Source: Mustelus asterias (lineage: Eukaryota). From it: DNA of 64,000 nt. Position numbers and translations under genes: made by a program. The stretch is taken from assembly GCF_964213995.1 (NCBI RefSeq), contig NW_027590150.1:620001-684000 (forward strand), read 5' to 3'. The notes under the pieces were generated by a model, which was not told where the DNA came from, did not search any database, and worked only from the letters and a program-made list of their open reading frames with translations. Below are positions 61,880 to 64,000 of this stretch, in pieces. The stretch's first letter is position 1, and every line of letters begins with the position of its first letter.

Positions 61880-62896
61880 GAAGCAGAGAGTGGGAATAAG
61901 TGGATCCTTTTCAGAGTGGGAAGCAGTGACTAGTGGGTCCGGCAGGTTCAGTGCTGCAACCCCAGCTGTTCATAATATACATTAATGATTTGGATGAAGG
62001 AATTGAATGCAATATCTCCAATTTTCAGCCGACACTAAGCTGGGTGGCAGTGTGTGCTGTGAGGAGGATCCCGAGAGGCTACAGGGGGGCTTGGACAGGC
62101 TGAGTGGGCAGATACTTGGCAAATGCAATATAATGTGGATAAATGTGAGGTTATCAACTTTGGTGGCAAAAACAGGAAGAAAGATTATTATCTGAATGGT
62201 GGCAGTTTAGGAAAAGGGGAAGTGCATCGTGACCTGGATGTCATGGTGGGACAGTTGCTGAAGGTTGGCATGCAGGTACAGCAGGCGGTGAGGAAAGCTA
62301 ATGGCATGCTGGCCTTCATAGCGAGAGGATTTGAGTACAGGAGTAAAGATGTTTTTCTCAGTTGTACAGGGCCTTGGTGAAGCCACACCTTGAGTATTGT
62401 GTGCATTTTTCCTCCTAGTCTGAGGAAGGACATTCTTGCTATTGAGGGAGTCCAGCTAAGGTTCACCAGACTGATTTCTGGAATGGCAGGACTGACATAT
62501 GAAGAGAGACTGGATCGACTGGGCTTTTACTCACTGGAATTTAGAATGAGAGGGGATCTCATAGAAACATTTAAAATCCTGATGGGACTGGACAGGCTCG
62601 ATGCAGTCCCAACATGTTCCCAATGTTGGGGAAGTCCAGAACTAGGGGTTACAATCTTAGACTGAGATGAGGAAGAACTTCTTGTTGTGAACCTGTGGAA
62701 TTCTCTACCACAGAAAGCTGTTGGGGCCAGTTTGTTAAATATGTTCAAGAGGGAGTTGGATGTGACTAAAGGGACCAAGGGCTATGGAGAGAAAGTGGGA
62801 CTGTGATACTGAAAGTGCATGATCTGCCATGATCATATTGAATGGTGGTGAAGGCTCGAAGGGCCGAATAGCCGACTCCTGCACCTATTTTCTATG
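61880..62896 (+). mobile_element. degenerate CR1 RT/3' fragment (within a larger CR1 stack 61390-63450)
   Basis: YINDLDEG, ADTKLGG, ANGMLAFIARG motifs, CR1 tail. Confidence 0.85.
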
Positions 62897-62909
62897 TTTA
62901 TAAAACGCT

Positions 62910-63016
62910 TCATAAAACGTTCTGTCGAAGGATCATTTAGATCCAAAAGATTAACTCTGTTTCTCCCCACAGATGCTGCCAGACCTGCTGAGGTTACCCA
63001 GCATCGTCTGTTTATA
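62910..63016 (+). mobile_element. Penelope-like terminal fragment with decayed hammerhead-like core
   Basis: CTGTCGA-a-ggatc-attta-gatcc-AAAA; flanked by tttataaaacgct (62897-62909) and tttataaaatgct (63017-63029). Confidence 0.6.
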
Positions 63017-64000
63017 TTTATAAAATGCTAGTTGGAGCAAGCTGGAGTACTGAGCTCTGTTCTGGTTACCAGATTAATCAGTTATAAAAGTATATGTCAA
63101 GTCAAGCTGTGTGGCAGAAAGCTGAAGACAGTTGGTGATTTTTTAATATAATTCCAATCTGTTCAATTTTCAAATCTAGTGAATAAAGGATTGAAGAATT
63201 AGGAGGGTTCGTGGAGGAATCATTTCACCCGGAGAGTCACGGGGATCTGGAACTCACTGCCTGAAAGGACGGGAGAGGCAGAAACCCTCATCACATTAAA
63301 CAGGAACTCAGATACGCAGTTGAGATTCTGTTACACACAGAGGGACAGATCAAGAGCTGGAAAGTAGGGTGAAACTGGACAGTACTTTTCCAGCCAGCAC
63401 AGACCTGATGGGTTGAATGGCCTCCTGCTGTTCAGTGAATTTTCTATATTTCAGTTCTGACAGTTGGAGTTTGTTTCTGCTGATGTTAATAACTCCTCGA
63501 ACTGGGCTGCAGTGTATAATTCTGGATAAATGTGAAATCAGCTTGATTAAAACACATCAGAATAGATTTTTTGTCTTTCCCACCTGTGTTATCTGATTGT
63601 ATTCTGATTTTCTTATCAGTAACACAACTAACCTCAGCCGCCCCAATCTGTGAATGACTTAGTAAATTCCTTCCCTAACAGCACTGCGAGTGTCCCTCAA
63701 ACCACAGGGACTGCAGCGGTTCAGGAAGGGCAGCTCACCACCACCTCAAGGGCAATTAGGAACAGGCAATAAAAATACTGGTCTGGCCAGTGACACCCAC
63801 ACCCCATGAAAAGAAAATGTCTGTTCAAACAAGACTTAATTAAGGCAGGACAGGATTCTTTGAATAATAAATTTTCCATTAAATTAACATTAAAATTATT
63901 ATTAAAGGAAAGAGATTTGCATATCAATTCAGGAAAATTTCCAAGATGGTGCTGGAGTGAGGCGACTTCTTGCAAGCTGTGCCCAGCATACCCTCTAATT

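Overview
Eukaryotic, repeat-rich vertebrate DNA, almost certainly a shark/elasmobranch (inferred from HE1-type tRNA SINEs, CR1/HER1-type LINE tails and a SacSINE1-like DeuSINE). The window is a cluster of 13 paralogous tandem C2H2 zinc-finger loci, labelled Z1-Z13 here. About 6-7 have intact or near-intact arrays of 5-25 fingers; the rest are frameshifted, TE-disrupted or remnants. No KRAB/SCAN/BTB/SET or other effector domain is visible. Each gene appears to be a short non-coding exon 1 in a CpG-island promoter (often head-to-head pairs with NRF1/YY1/CCAAT/CRE motifs) plus one large exon holding the whole array. Between genes lie nested CR1, L2, Rex1, Penelope-like, SINE and LTR fragments. 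Most notable: (i) subfamily A genes start at an ATG made from the TGEKP linker (TMEKP), downstream of three fossil fingers closed by two shared stop codons and a 15-codon uORF; (ii) a frame-conserved peptide ([17 protein letters not shown]) lies just after the stop codon of most paralogs and is in the ORF in two; (iii) a 25-finger minisatellite-like array varies mainly at DNA-contact positions; (iv) promoter modules and finger modules are shuffled among paralogs; (v) Penelope-like termini carry hammerhead-ribozyme cores. All alignments were made by eye; no database search was possible.
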